Below, piece after piece: positions 8,393 to 18,504 of a stretch of DNA of 38,108 nucleotides; position 1 is the stretch's first letter, and every line of letters begins with the position of its first letter. The translations under genes were made by a program, and so were the position numbers. The stretch is from NCBI GenBank assembly GCA_044347345.1, contig JBIKUX010000025.1, positions 1 through 38,108 of the forward strand. The letters are read 5' to 3'. Below the pieces are notes generated by a model. That model was not told where the DNA came from and searched no databases. It was given only the letters and a program-made list of their open reading frames with translations. The stretch comes from Bdellovibrionota bacterium (lineage in GTDB: Bacteria > Bdellovibrionota_C > UBA2361 > JBIKUX01).

Positions 8393-9534
8393 CCCACAAG
8401 CCGCCCGATATCATTGAACATAGCAAAAAGCATAAGCGCAAATAATATAAACATTCCTAGTTGTTGCGCTCGTTCGATTACTCTTACACTTAGAGTTGTA
8501 CGAAAAATAGCCTCAATGGTAAAAAACAGCAGATGACCGCCATCAAGAATGGGAATCGGCAGTAGATTTAAAATAGCAAGGCTCACACTCAGCAAAACCA
8601 TATAGCTAAAAACATACTGAGCTCCTCTTTGAGCTGATTGAGCGGCTTGCTGAAGAATGAGAATGGGACCACCGATATTTTTAGCCGAAATAACTCCTGA
8701 GACCATTCCCCACAGACCTCGCAGGGTCATAAAGGATATATGGTATACCTGAAGCACACCATCTCCTATTGCATCGCTAAAACCGACGTCAGTGCGCTTA
8801 ACAGCGGGGACAATGCCCACTTTAAATCTTTTCTCAGGAGCTCTGCCTTCGATGGCAGCTAACTCGGTATCCTCTGAATCGGCTGTAACTGAGATATTTT
8901 CCACCTTACCGTCTCTAACTAAAGAGATGGATATATTAGCAGAGGATGAATTCCCGATCCTGTCAGCCATTTCCTGCCAAGAGGTGACAGCTACACCATT
9001 TACACTTTGTACAACATCACCAGTTCTCAAACCGGCTCTATCAGCAGGAAACCCCGGAATTACTTCACCAATTATTGGCTCTTTTAATGAATCAACCCGT
9101 CCAAAAATAGCAACCGAAGCAACTGCCAAAACTATCGCAAAACCGAAATTAAACATTGGTCCAGCAAGTACTATACTGCTACGCTGAAGATAACTTTTGG
9201 TAAGAAACCATCTGCTCTTATCCTGCAAAATCTCACGCTCTTCTGGCGAGAGCTCATGTAGCTCTGACTCATCAATAGTTGAAAACCGTGGGTCATCGCC
9301 CACCATACGAACAAAACCACCTAGAGGTATAATTCTTATCGAATATAAGGTTTCACCAATCCTTTTCGACCAAAGCCGCTTACCAAACCCTATGGCAAAC
9401 TCCACTACTCCTACACCACACCATTTAGCCACTAAAAAGTGACCCAGCTCATGAACAAAGATTAGTACCGCAAGTACTAAAAGTGCTGATACGAAATTTA
9501 ACAATGAACCCGCGCCTAACAGGACTACATCCAT
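8389..9534 (-). CDS. rseP: RIP metalloprotease RseP (M50, one PDZ domain)
   Basis: HELGH, PLGGFVRM, AGP, PDZ segment PADRAGLRTGD, NLLPIPILDGGH; follows dxr. Confidence 0.96.
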   Translation of the reverse strand: MDVVLLGAGSLLNFVSALLVLAVLIFVHELGHFLVAKWCGVGVVEFAIGFGKRLWSKRIGETLYSIRIIPLGGFVRMVGDDPRFSTIDESELHELSPEEREILQDKSRWFLTKSYLQRSSIVLAGPMFNFGFAIVLAVASVAIFGRVDSLKEPIIGEVIPGFPADRAGLRTGDVVQSVNGVAVTSWQEMADRIGNSSSANISISLVRDGKVENISVTADSEDTELAAIEGRAPEKRFKVGIVPAVKRTDVGFSDAIGDGVLQVYHISFMTLRGLWGMVSGVISAKNIGGPILILQQAAQSAQRGAQYVFSYMVLLSVSLAILNLLPIPILDGGHLLFFTIEAIFRTTLSVRVIERAQQLGMFILFALMLFAMFNDIGRLVG

Positions 9535-9546
9535 ACAACCCCTAAT

Positions 9547-10692
9547 TTAAATCTGTTTTTCTACCCAAGCACGTACTGCAGTGTCTAGTTCAAAAATCTC
9601 ATCAATACTATCATACTTATGCCCTACGTACCGTAACATTGCATCTTCGACCAATTCAAAAATTCGACAAAAAGAAACCCTCTGGGCTAAAAATGCCGCA
9701 ACAGCAACTTCGTTGGCACTATTTAATACCGCTGGAAGACTTCCTCCAACTTTAAGTGCCTCTCGAGCAAAACGTAAGGACGGGAAAACATCCTCATCGA
9801 CTTTCTCAAAGGTAAGAAGCTCTCCTCCCAGTAACGATAAATTTGGTATTGGATGCCTCAATTCAGAATGAGGATAATGAAGAGCATACGAAATAGGAAT
9901 TCTCATGTCAGGTGGAGACATATGAGTTACCAAGCTACCATCGACTAACCTAACACCACCATGTACAATGCTTTGAGGATGCACGATTACTTCGATATGA
10001 TCTCCTGGTATTGAAAAAAGCCAAGAAGCCTCAATGACCTCTAATGCTTTATTCATTAACGTACTAGAGTCGACAGATATTTTTGGCCCCATTGACCAAG
10101 TAGGGTGCTTAAGAGCATCACTGGACGTAACGGACTCCAGCCGTTCCTTTGAAAATCCTCTAAATGGACCACCCGAAGCAGTTAGTAATAAGGAACCAAT
10201 ACAACTCTCTTTAAGACCCTCGATCAAACGAAACAACGATGAATGTTCACTATCAACAGGGATAATAGAACTTCCTTGAGTAGCAGCCGCAGTAATTAGC
10301 AGAGAACCCGCACAAACTAGACTTTCCTTGTTGGCCAAAAGTACTCTTTTGCCCTTAGTTACAGCTTTCCAAACTGGAGCAAGGCCAGCTATCCCTACAA
10401 TAGCTGCCATAACGGTTTGAGAGTCACATTGATCTATAACCAACGACGCAGCATCTTTTCCAATAATCGTTTCCACAGATGCAAATACGTCGTATCTCTT
10501 AACTTGTTCAGTGGAAGCTCCCGTAATACCAACACACCGAGGCCTAAACTCCACTACCTGCTTTGCTAAAAGATCTAAATTTGAATGAGCAACCAAGGCC
10601 TCAACACAAAAGTTATGTGGCGAAGCCCTAACACAATTTAGAGTGTTTGTTCCAATTGAGCCAGTGCTACCTAAAACAACGAGTGACTTCAC
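9547..10692 (-). CDS. dxr: 1-deoxy-D-xylulose 5-phosphate reductoisomerase
   Basis: LGSTGSIG, LANKESLV, PVDSEHS, LTASGGPFR, HPTWSMGPKISVDS, NKALEVIEA. I moved the start from 10752 to the in-frame GTG at 10692, which overlaps the cdsA stop (GTGA). Confidence 0.96.
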   Translation of the reverse strand: MKSLVVLGSTGSIGTNTLNCVRASPHNFCVEALVAHSNLDLLAKQVVEFRPRCVGITGASTEQVKRYDVFASVETIIGKDAASLVIDQCDSQTVMAAIVGIAGLAPVWKAVTKGKRVLLANKESLVCAGSLLITAAATQGSSIIPVDSEHSSLFRLIEGLKESCIGSLLLTASGGPFRGFSKERLESVTSSDALKHPTWSMGPKISVDSSTLMNKALEVIEASWLFSIPGDHIEVIVHPQSIVHGGVRLVDGSLVTHMSPPDMRIPISYALHYPHSELRHPIPNLSLLGGELLTFEKVDEDVFPSLRFAREALKVGGSLPAVLNSANEVAVAAFLAQRVSFCRIFELVEDAMLRYVGHKYDSIDEIFELDTAVRAWVEKQI

Positions 10693-11621
10693 AACCAACC
10701 AAATGACATCAAACATAAAACCATTAATGCTCCGGCAAAAATGCCATCGCACCTATCAAGCACTCCACCATGCCCAGGCAAAAGTCTGCTTGAATCCTTA
10801 ACATTATAGCGTCGCTTAATCAGAGATTTAGCTAAATCTCCGCCCTGAGAGGCTATACCAATCAAAATAGCTGCTCCAAAAATATAAATCACTCCGTCTT
10901 TTATTAAATTAATCCCAAATACATTCTGCAACACCGTGTAGTATAAAAAAGCTGAGACAATTCCGCTAAATAATCCACCTAAAGAACCTTCAATGGTCTT
11001 CTTCGGGGAAATTACAGGAGCTAGTCTGCTCTGCCCCCATCTACGGCCAATAAAATATGCGGCTACATCGTTACTAGCCACCACAAAAAGCAAAAAACAA
11101 AAAAGTCTTGGTACCTCACTTAAGACCATCAGAGCTACTCCTCCACCGCCAAGTAACAAGGCGGTAATCTCGTACTCAAGATGCATCAAGGTTGGTAGAA
11201 TCTGCTTGCGAGATTGCCATACGAGCTCAAACAGTAATATGGCATTTAACTCAGCTATTAAGAGAGGAAAAATTAGCTTTTCTAATCTAACAACAGATCC
11301 ATCCTTAAACAGGACAACTCCTGCAAAAACTGGAAGAAAAAGAGACGCAATAATAATGATTATTACAGAAGCTTTAGGCTGAATGCTACTCGCACTAACA
11401 AAGCAAACAATTTCGAATGTAGCAATAGTTGTTACCAATAAAGCAACAGTAGGAATAATCCACTTAAGTTTAGGATAAAAACTCGCAATAGACAGAATAA
11501 CTAACAATGCAGTAACTAAAACCCCCGCCGTAATTACTCTTGTCTTGGTCGCTGGGATAGTCGCTTTGATAGAATTGGGAAATACCTCTGATGTATTACA
11601 CCCGCCAAGATCATCAACCAT
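10689..11621 (-). CDS. cdsA: Phosphatidate cytidylyltransferase
   Basis: Multi-TM protein with DVAAYFIG, ISPKKTIEG, GDLAKSLIKR, KDSSRLLPGHGGVLDRCD. Confidence 0.95.
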   Translation of the reverse strand: MVDDLGGCNTSEVFPNSIKATIPATKTRVITAGVLVTALLVILSIASFYPKLKWIIPTVALLVTTIATFEIVCFVSASSIQPKASVIIIIIASLFLPVFAGVVLFKDGSVVRLEKLIFPLLIAELNAILLFELVWQSRKQILPTLMHLEYEITALLLGGGGVALMVLSEVPRLFCFLLFVVASNDVAAYFIGRRWGQSRLAPVISPKKTIEGSLGGLFSGIVSAFLYYTVLQNVFGINLIKDGVIYIFGAAILIGIASQGGDLAKSLIKRRYNVKDSSRLLPGHGGVLDRCDGIFAGALMVLCLMSFGWL

Positions 11622-12444
11622 ACCCTATAGCCTTAAGCTGATCGCTAGTTTGACCAAATCGTCGCTCTCTACGACTAAAATCATTAAGGCAACGGTGAAA
11701 CTCTTCTCGACTAAAATCTGGCCACCTAAAAGGGCTAACAATTAATTCCGAATAAGCTAATTGCCACAGTAAAAAATTTGAAATTCTAAACTCATCACTT
11801 GTTCGTATGAGTAAATCTGGATCTGGAACATCAGGTGCATAAAGATGTGAAGCTACAACCTCAGCATTGATATTTTCAGGATCTATCTCACCACTAACTA
11901 CTCTTCTACCTATTTCTCGAACAGCATCTACTATCTCATCTCTACCACCATAAGAAATAGCCAAAAGTAATTCCATGCTGGATAAATGCTCTGTAGCATT
12001 TTCTACATTTTCAACTAATCGCCTAACAGAAGAAGGTAGTGTATCGCGACGCCCAATTACTCTAAGCCTTATTCCATGTTTTACTAAAAGCTCTATTTCA
12101 GATTCTAAATATTGGCGAAATAAAAACATAAGCGCAGATACTTCTGTTTTGGGACGCCTCCAATTTTCACTGGAAAATGCATATAAAGTTAGATAACGAA
12201 TACCTAACCGTCTTGCCTCTTCTACTACCATTCGGACATTACGAGCACCAGCTCTATGACCTTCTACTCTATTTTGAGAATGTGCCTGAGCCCATCGCCC
12301 ATTTCCATCCATAATTATCGCGATATGACGAGGGACTCTCTCGACAATCTGTGAAACATCTGACGACGGTGGTACTTCTTTAAAATTAACGCCCTCTTCA
12401 AGCATTTTTTCAGCATCAGTAACCAATCGATCAGTGGGATGCAT
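11614..12444 (-). CDS. uppS: Undecaprenyl diphosphate synthase
   Basis: PRHIAIIMDGNGRWA, YAFSSENWRRP, YGGRDEI, PDLLIRTS, RISNFLLWQ, RERRFG. Confidence 0.97.
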   Translation of the reverse strand: MHPTDRLVTDAEKMLEEGVNFKEVPPSSDVSQIVERVPRHIAIIMDGNGRWAQAHSQNRVEGHRAGARNVRMVVEEARRLGIRYLTLYAFSSENWRRPKTEVSALMFLFRQYLESEIELLVKHGIRLRVIGRRDTLPSSVRRLVENVENATEHLSSMELLLAISYGGRDEIVDAVREIGRRVVSGEIDPENINAEVVASHLYAPDVPDPDLLIRTSDEFRISNFLLWQLAYSELIVSPFRWPDFSREEFHRCLNDFSRRERRFGQTSDQLKAIGYG

Positions 12445-12510
12445 AGTGCTTTAATAATTTTATTGTCACTAGATTTCTTTTCGCGATTATTTAAAGACAC
12501 CAAAAGATTA

Positions 12511-13071
12511 TTACACTTGTAGAAGATCTTCCTCTTTTTTACTGATTATCTCATCGATTTTCTTACCATATATATCGATAATCTTTTGAACACCCTCCTG
12601 AGACCGCCTAACTTCATCTTCAGAAAATAACTTCTCCTTTTCTCCCTTCTTTAGAGCATCAATTGCATCACGCCTCAATCCCCTAACTACTACTTTAATA
12701 TCTTCACCAGTTTTATGCAGTTTTTTAATTAGGTCCTTACGACGCTGTTCAGTAAGAGGAGGTATGGGTACTCGCACAGTTGAACCTTCTCGCGATGGAT
12801 TTAATCCAAGATCTGCTTCGCGAATAGCTTTTTCTACTGCCTCAGCCGCTCCTATATCAAATACTTGCACTGTCAAAAGCCTAGGCTCAGGACTATTAAC
12901 TAATCCTAATTGAACCAACGGAACAGTAGCACCATAGTATTCGACTAATACCCCATCCAAAAGACCTGTAGAGGCGCGGCCAGTCCGCATTTTTCCTAGC
13001 TCACTTTTTAGGTGTTCAAGAGACGCAGTGCACTTTTTATCTAACTCTCGCTCAATCGTTGCAGTTGACAT
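12511..13071 (-). CDS. frr: Ribosome recycling factor
   Basis: RTGRAS, VEYYG, DLGLNP, IPPLTEQRRKDL; lies between pyrH and uppS. Confidence 0.97.
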   Translation of the reverse strand: MSTATIERELDKKCTASLEHLKSELGKMRTGRASTGLLDGVLVEYYGATVPLVQLGLVNSPEPRLLTVQVFDIGAAEAVEKAIREADLGLNPSREGSTVRVPIPPLTEQRRKDLIKKLHKTGEDIKVVVRGLRRDAIDALKKGEKEKLFSEDEVRRSQEGVQKIIDIYGKKIDEIISKKEEDLLQV

Positions 13072-13155
13072 TATTATCTCCTACTTCCCTCATCCGCTTA
13101 CGATAAACAGAAATTACCTTTGAGCCAATCAAACTCATTAGACAAAGCCTAATCT

Positions 13156-13875
13156 CTATGAGACAAGGGTTCCAATCGACTCACCTTGAACAACCTTTAC
13201 AAGATTACCCTGTGTGCTGATATCAAATACTATGATTGGCAAACGATTATCCATACACAAAGAAATAGCAGCAGTATCCATTACCTTTAAGCCCTGCTTT
13301 AAAACATCCATAAATGTAATTGCAGTGTAAGGCCGTGCTGTTGCATCTCCCTGAGGGTCTTTATCATATACAGCATCAACCTTTGTACCTTTTAACAAAA
13401 CTTCAGCACCTATCTCCATAGCGCGCAAGCTTGCTGCTGTATCAGTAGTAAAATAAGGGTTGCCTGTTCCGCAAGCGAAAATGATAATCCGACCTTTCTC
13501 TAGATGCCGTAGAGCTCGTCTTCGAATATATGGCTCTGCTATCTGACGCATCTCAATTGCAGACATTACTCGCGTCGCTAAACCATGCTGTTCAAGAACG
13601 TCTTGAAGAGCCAAAGCATTCATGGCAGTCGCTAGCATACCCATATAATCTCCTGAGGCTCGATCCAGCCCCTGAGCTCCAGCTTGCACACCTCTGAATA
13701 TATTTCCCCCACCTATTACCACTCCTAGTTCTGTGCCCAGTGACTGTACAGCAGCAATTTCGTTAGCTATGGTAGTGATGGTTTGTGCATCAATTCCACC
13801 ACCCTTAGAACCGGCGAGAATTTCCCCACTCAATTTGAGTAGTACCCTTTTCGCTTGTTTTCTGGTCTGAGCCAT
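13156..13875 (-). CDS. pyrH: Uridylate kinase
   Basis: [45 protein letters not shown]. Confidence 0.98.
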   Translation of the reverse strand: MAQTRKQAKRVLLKLSGEILAGSKGGGIDAQTITTIANEIAAVQSLGTELGVVIGGGNIFRGVQAGAQGLDRASGDYMGMLATAMNALALQDVLEQHGLATRVMSAIEMRQIAEPYIRRRALRHLEKGRIIIFACGTGNPYFTTDTAASLRAMEIGAEVLLKGTKVDAVYDKDPQGDATARPYTAITFMDVLKQGLKVMDTAAISLCMDNRLPIIVFDISTQGNLVKVVQGESIGTLVS

Positions 13876-14125
13876 AAAATATTTTTAACAAAGTTACTTA
13901 AAGTCTTCTTGTGTCAGATAAGCTAGTTAGCAGAGTACGTTAATTTTGGGTATATTATCTTCTCCAAACTGCAGTGTTTGTACTAAATCCACTGCAAATT
14001 TTTTGATCTTATTTTTTACCTTAAAAAAATCTTCAGTTTAATTTACAAACTAACATTTAAATACGCTTGATAAAAAACCTAGATTGTTTTGCAAGTCATG
14101 CTGTAATTAATAGGCAAATTAACCC

Positions 14126-14776
14126 CTATGAATTAACGGTAAGAGCAGCTACATCAGCAGCTAAATTACTAACTGATTTTTCAACTCCTTCACCAACTTT
14201 ATATCTAATAAAACGACGAACCTCCACTTTCTCACCCACCTTAGCACTAAGCTCGTTTAGCAGATCTAGAACCGTCTTAGATTCCTCTTTTATAAATACC
14301 TGATGAATTAAGCAGTTTTCCTCATAAAACTTTTTCAATTTACCAGGCAGAATTTTCTCTACATTTGCTCTTTGAGGCTCAGACAATTGCGCTGTAAAGA
14401 TCTCTTTTTCCTTCTCGATAACCTCAGTGGGAATATCGCTTTCTCTTACATAAAGTGGCTGCATAGCCGCTACATGCATCGCAATAGATTTCGCCAATTC
14501 CTTAAATTCATCACCTCGAGCCACAAAGTCAGTTTCACAATTTAACTCTACAATCGTACCAACCTGGTCGCCTGGATGGATGTATACACCCAAACAGCCT
14601 TCAGCGGCCGTCTTATCAGCTCGCTTACCAACATTTTTTAAGCCTTTTTTTCTGAGAATTTCAATTGCTGTCTCAAGAACACCACCAGCCTCTGATAAAG
14701 CGGCTTTACAATCCATCATTCCTGCACCAGTTTTTTCACGCAGCTCTTTTACAAGTGCTGCTGTTACCTCTGCCAT
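14126..14776 (-). CDS. tsf: Elongation factor Ts (short, 216-aa type)
   Basis: VKELREKTGAGMMDCKAAL, ELNCETDFVAR, VRRFIRYKVGEG. Confidence 0.98.
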   Translation of the reverse strand: MAEVTAALVKELREKTGAGMMDCKAALSEAGGVLETAIEILRKKGLKNVGKRADKTAAEGCLGVYIHPGDQVGTIVELNCETDFVARGDEFKELAKSIAMHVAAMQPLYVRESDIPTEVIEKEKEIFTAQLSEPQRANVEKILPGKLKKFYEENCLIHQVFIKEESKTVLDLLNELSAKVGEKVEVRRFIRYKVGEGVEKSVSNLAADVAALTVNS

Positions 14777-14889
14777 AGCGACTTACCTCGATAAAATTTT
14801 ATTAAAAAATACTTGTTAAAATGTCTAAACAACCTTGTTACTTTAAAAGCATAAAATGACTTTCTATGCTAAGAACTATACAAAGGAAA

Positions 14890-16107
14890 CTAAATTGATA
14901 CGGTAATAACAGACTTGCCTTCATCATTTAAGGCTTGTCCTGCTCCACTTGGTTCTTGACCTGGCTCAACCGATGAATTTCCCATCTTTACGTCACCACC
15001 ACCGGAACTATTCCTAGCTTTACCGCCACTACTACCATGGCCTCGTCTACCGTGACTACCTCGAGTCGAAACTTCAGTGATTTTACCTGTCGCGTCAACA
15101 TCACTTTCTTCTCTCCTAGGGTTTTCACGCTTGTAAGACTCGTACCCCTCAAGACCCTCTAAAACAGCATCTGCAGCAGATGCAACGAGCAAATCTATCG
15201 CTCTAGTAGAATCATCATTACACGGAATCGCATATTCAACAGTGCTAGGGTCAACATTCGTATCAACAAGAGCAATGACAGCCACTCCGAGTCTCTTAGC
15301 TTCAGCCACTGCAATGTGCTCCTTGTTTACATCTATAACGAAAAGCACGTCTGGTACCCGACGCATATTTCGAATACCACCAATGTTTCCCTCAAGAGTC
15401 TCAAGCTGACGCGTAATGGTTAAACGCTCTTTCTTGTTTAACTTAACTTCACTGTCACCGCTATTTGCTTGATTAAGCAACTCTTCTAAACGCTTCATTC
15501 GGTCAATGGACTTCCGAATTGTTGAAAAATTAGTTAGTGTGCCACCCAGCCATCTTCTTGTAGTAAAATAGGATCCACAGCGCTTAGCATGACGAGCTAC
15601 TGAGGCGCGAGCTTGCTGCTTAGTTCCTACAAATAAAAGAGTTCCACCACGAGAAACAGAATCCACTATAACCCGTCGAGCTTCCGCCCAGCGCTGAATT
15701 GTGATGTCGAGGTTTATTATGTGGATACCCTTTCGCTCAGTAAAAATGAACGGTAGCATCTTCGGATTCCATTTATCAGCTTGGTGCCCAAAGTGCGCAC
15801 CCGCGTTCATTAGACTCTTGACAGTCACAGGCTCAGGTACGTACTCACCTAGCTCTAATTCTGACATATGTTCTGATGTAATAACTGGATAGTGCTTCTT
15901 GTGCCGACGAGGCTGAGTGAATGTTGGCGAATCCGTAGTTAAAGAGGAAGAACCCGTACTGCTATTCTCATCGAAACTAACATCAAAAGGCTCAACCTCT
16001 GAAAGGTCTCTTCTTGCGACTTTATTACCAATCGCGGGTCTGTCGTTTGAAGCTTGTTCAAGGTCTACAGCTTTTTCAATATCAGAATAATCATCAGTTG
16101 CAGTCAT
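14890..16107 (-). CDS. rpsB: 30S ribosomal protein S2 with long N- and C-terminal extensions
   Basis: AGAHFGHQ, WNPKM, LFVGTK, RWLGGTLTN, AVAEA, VDTN, IPCNDD. The start is ambiguous (M1 or M81), but the leader RNA position favours M1. Confidence 0.96.
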   Translation of the reverse strand: MTATDDYSDIEKAVDLEQASNDRPAIGNKVARRDLSEVEPFDVSFDENSSTGSSSLTTDSPTFTQPRRHKKHYPVITSEHMSELELGEYVPEPVTVKSLMNAGAHFGHQADKWNPKMLPFIFTERKGIHIINLDITIQRWAEARRVIVDSVSRGGTLLFVGTKQQARASVARHAKRCGSYFTTRRWLGGTLTNFSTIRKSIDRMKRLEELLNQANSGDSEVKLNKKERLTITRQLETLEGNIGGIRNMRRVPDVLFVIDVNKEHIAVAEAKRLGVAVIALVDTNVDPSTVEYAIPCNDDSTRAIDLLVASAADAVLEGLEGYESYKRENPRREESDVDATGKITEVSTRGSHGRRGHGSSGGKARNSSGGGDVKMGNSSVEPGQEPSGAGQALNDEGKSVITVSI

Positions 16108-16127
16108 TTTAATCCACTATATTAGTC

Positions 16128-16368
16128 TTAGTTTGATTCCTCTCCAACTCCAAACGAATACCACCGAACACACGCTATAATAAAACTGCTTTCTAGGCCT
16201 ACTGTTATCCAATTAACCCCAACTACTAAAAGAGAATTCGAGAGAAATACTCTTGAGTTTACAGCTTTGATTTTACAGTACTCTCTAACTTTTTATATAA
16301 AGTTAGCTAAGGCAGCTTAATGCGAGCTAAAAACGGTAGCACCAAGACATAGGAGTCGATGCGTTATT
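16128..16368 (-). ncRNA. S2 (rpsB) leader-like cis-regulatory RNA with an expanded central region
   Basis: On the transcript, CGACUCC (16358-16352) pairs with GGAGUUG (16151-16145). GGUGC is followed by CUACCG (16339-16334), which pairs with CGGUGG (16166-16161). The 3' end reads GAGGAAUCAAAC. This GGUGC...GAGG...AAAC layout is what I recall for rpsB leaders. Confidence 0.55.
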
Positions 16369-16374
16369 GGGAAA

Positions 16375-16403
16375 AACTTAACATATTCTTAAAAAGATGT
16401 AAA
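16375..16403 (-). promoter_or_regulatory. Candidate sigma70 promoter of the rpsB-tsf operon
   Basis: TTTACA-N17-TAAGTT with a TGn extended -10, placed so that transcription would begin just before the leader stem. Confidence 0.55.
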
Positions 16404-16414
16404 TGCAGACCTCC

Positions 16415-16454
16415 CTTTACAGAGCCTTTCTCAACTTTACAGAGCCTTTCTCAA
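16415..16454. repeat. Perfect 20-bp tandem duplication
   Basis: CTTTACAGAGCCTTTCTCAA at 16415-16434 and 16435-16454. Confidence 0.95.
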
Positions 16455-16545
16455 TCACAATCCGTGTGTTAATTACTCTACTCAAGTATGGTGGAGGATG
16501 CATTCAGAAATGCTTTTACCGTTCAACCAAGGTAGACTTCAACCC

Positions 16546-17124
16546 ATGAACATAAAAAATATCTTAACTTTGCTTATCGGGTCTTTCTACTATACAACCG
16601 TACTTTCATCTTGCTCCCTTTTGGAGGTTAGTGACGAGGAAAAATTCGCAAAGACTCCAAACATACGTCAGGTTAAAGATCTTGAACTTACTTTTTCTCG
16701 GGCATCACTGGGTGGTGAAGAATTTGAACACTACGCTCTATCTGGAGAAATACTTTTTTACGAGTGTGGTGCTATAAAATTTGGTAAATTTTCTCCTATT
16801 GAAAAAGGTATTAAGCCAGTACCCCGTCAGATTGTTAAACCGCTTCGTTTAGCCATTAATCAGACTCTTCTAGCACTAGATGATAATTCAAAATTGCGTC
16901 CAGCCGAGCGCGGCTCATCCCTCAGTGATGCCGGGCTTTTTACCTTAACTTGGCAAGAACAAGGTAAACCAAACGAAAAATCCATAGAAACTTCCTTGGA
17001 TGCAATTGTTAGCCGCACAAAACTAGTAGAAAAGCGTATTTATCATCTTGTTTCCATAATTCGTTCAGTTCCTCCCAATATTTTATGTCGAAATCGTGAA
17101 TTTTTTGGCTTAAAGAGGGAGTAA
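16546..17124 (+). CDS. Putative lipoprotein of unknown function
   Basis: From the in-frame ATG at 16546: MNIKNILTLLIGSFYYTTVLSSC, a signal peptide with lipobox LSS-C. The ORF track start is 16498. Confidence 0.65.
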   Translation: MNIKNILTLLIGSFYYTTVLSSCSLLEVSDEEKFAKTPNIRQVKDLELTFSRASLGGEEFEHYALSGEILFYECGAIKFGKFSPIEKGIKPVPRQIVKPLRLAINQTLLALDDNSKLRPAERGSSLSDAGLFTLTWQEQGKPNEKSIETSLDAIVSRTKLVEKRIYHLVSIIRSVPPNILCRNREFFGLKRE

Positions 17125-17141
17125 CATGACATCTAAACGGG

Positions 17142-18425
17142 GTGGAAAATAACTTTCTTTATACTAATCCTTTAAGTCTAATAACGGGCGATACAGTTAC
17201 AAGAAATTTAGCTGAAGAAGAGAAGTATTCAATAAATACTGATCTTAGCCGTCCCATTAGAATATTTGTAGATGGTAGATCGCTAATTTATCCTGAAATA
17301 TACGAGCGCGGAATTGGGGCATACAGCGAACACCATCTTAGAGCCTTAGGGTTACTTCTCAGTAAATTTAAGAGCGAGTTGCTAGTTGCTTTACCAAGTA
17401 ACGCATTAACAAAATCTTTGTCACCTTGCCTAAAGACGCTATCTGCGACACCAGGAATAATAATCAAACCTTGGTTTGAAGCAAGAAAATTTCAAGTAGA
17501 CCTTTATCATATCATCGACCAAATGACGGTGATTATAGGATACGATTCCCCGCTACTGGCCGCACCCTCCAATATTCCCGTCACTACAACCTTTTATGAT
17601 CTCATCCCTCTAGTCGTTAAAGACCTCCATTTTGACCAGTGGCACCCTACTCTTCAACTTATCTATCAAGAGCGGCTCTTAGAACTAAAAGAAAGTGACG
17701 CTACCATCTTAACAATATCGCAAACTACCGCTCACGATTTACACAACTTACTACAGATTCCTCACTGTAAATTACATACAATTATGGCAGGTGTGCGCCC
17801 TCCATCAGAGTCACTCATTACAGACGACCAACTCTCAAAAAAGTGGGGTATCTCACAACCTTATTTTTTAGTAGTTGGGGGTCTTGAGAAACATAAAAAT
17901 TTTTCCACTACCTACGAAGCTTTTATAAAGCATTGTCAAGCTGGCTTACCGGGCAGTCTTGTAGTTGTTGGAAGCTTAAGTGACCCTGTTAAAGCCACCT
18001 ATGCTGCGCATTCCACTAGCCACATACCTACTCGTGTTCATTTTACCGGATTTATTAATAACAGCGAACTTGACCTGCTTTATAGACTCGCTACTGCTTT
18101 AATATTTCCATCCCTATATGAAGGCTTTGGATTTCCAGTAGCAGAAGCTATGGCACGAGGTTGTCCAGTTATTGTAAGTAACTTAGCATCTCTTCCAGAA
18201 ATAGTGGGAGATGCAGGGATTATTCTACCCTCGCCTAACATAAATAATCTTGCTGAAGCGCTCAAATTTACAATTGAACAGCCTAACAAACTAGAAGATC
18301 TAAGAAAAAAAGGAAAAGAAAACTCTAAAAAATTTACTTGGGATAATGTAGCAAAAGCAACTTTAAATAAGTGGCTCGAACTTATCAACAAGTATCAAAC
18401 GAATGTCCTTAGCTCCATAAAATAA
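17142..18425 (+). CDS. Glycosyltransferase family 4 (GT-B, retaining)
   Basis: [49 protein letters not shown] (Ex7E motif), [14 protein letters not shown]. Confidence 0.93.
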   Translation: MENNFLYTNPLSLITGDTVTRNLAEEEKYSINTDLSRPIRIFVDGRSLIYPEIYERGIGAYSEHHLRALGLLLSKFKSELLVALPSNALTKSLSPCLKTLSATPGIIIKPWFEARKFQVDLYHIIDQMTVIIGYDSPLLAAPSNIPVTTTFYDLIPLVVKDLHFDQWHPTLQLIYQERLLELKESDATILTISQTTAHDLHNLLQIPHCKLHTIMAGVRPPSESLITDDQLSKKWGISQPYFLVVGGLEKHKNFSTTYEAFIKHCQAGLPGSLVVVGSLSDPVKATYAAHSTSHIPTRVHFTGFINNSELDLLYRLATALIFPSLYEGFGFPVAEAMARGCPVIVSNLASLPEIVGDAGIILPSPNINNLAEALKFTIEQPNKLEDLRKKGKENSKKFTWDNVAKATLNKWLELINKYQTNVLSSIK

Positions 18426-18504
18426 TATTAAGAACATCTAATTCCAAGTAGTCAAAAAAACTATTTTATAACTATCTTATGCAGCGATGCCGAACATTAG
18501 CACA

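Noticed and set aside
10693-10752. N-terminal 20 aa of the Dxr ORF in the track
   Set aside because: Overlaps cdsA; the GTG at 10692 gives the canonical start with a GTGA overlap.
13970-13996. 7-bp stem TGCAGTG/CACTGCA between tsf and pyrH as a terminator
   Set aside because: 13-nt loop and only three U residues after it on the coding strand; too weak to call.
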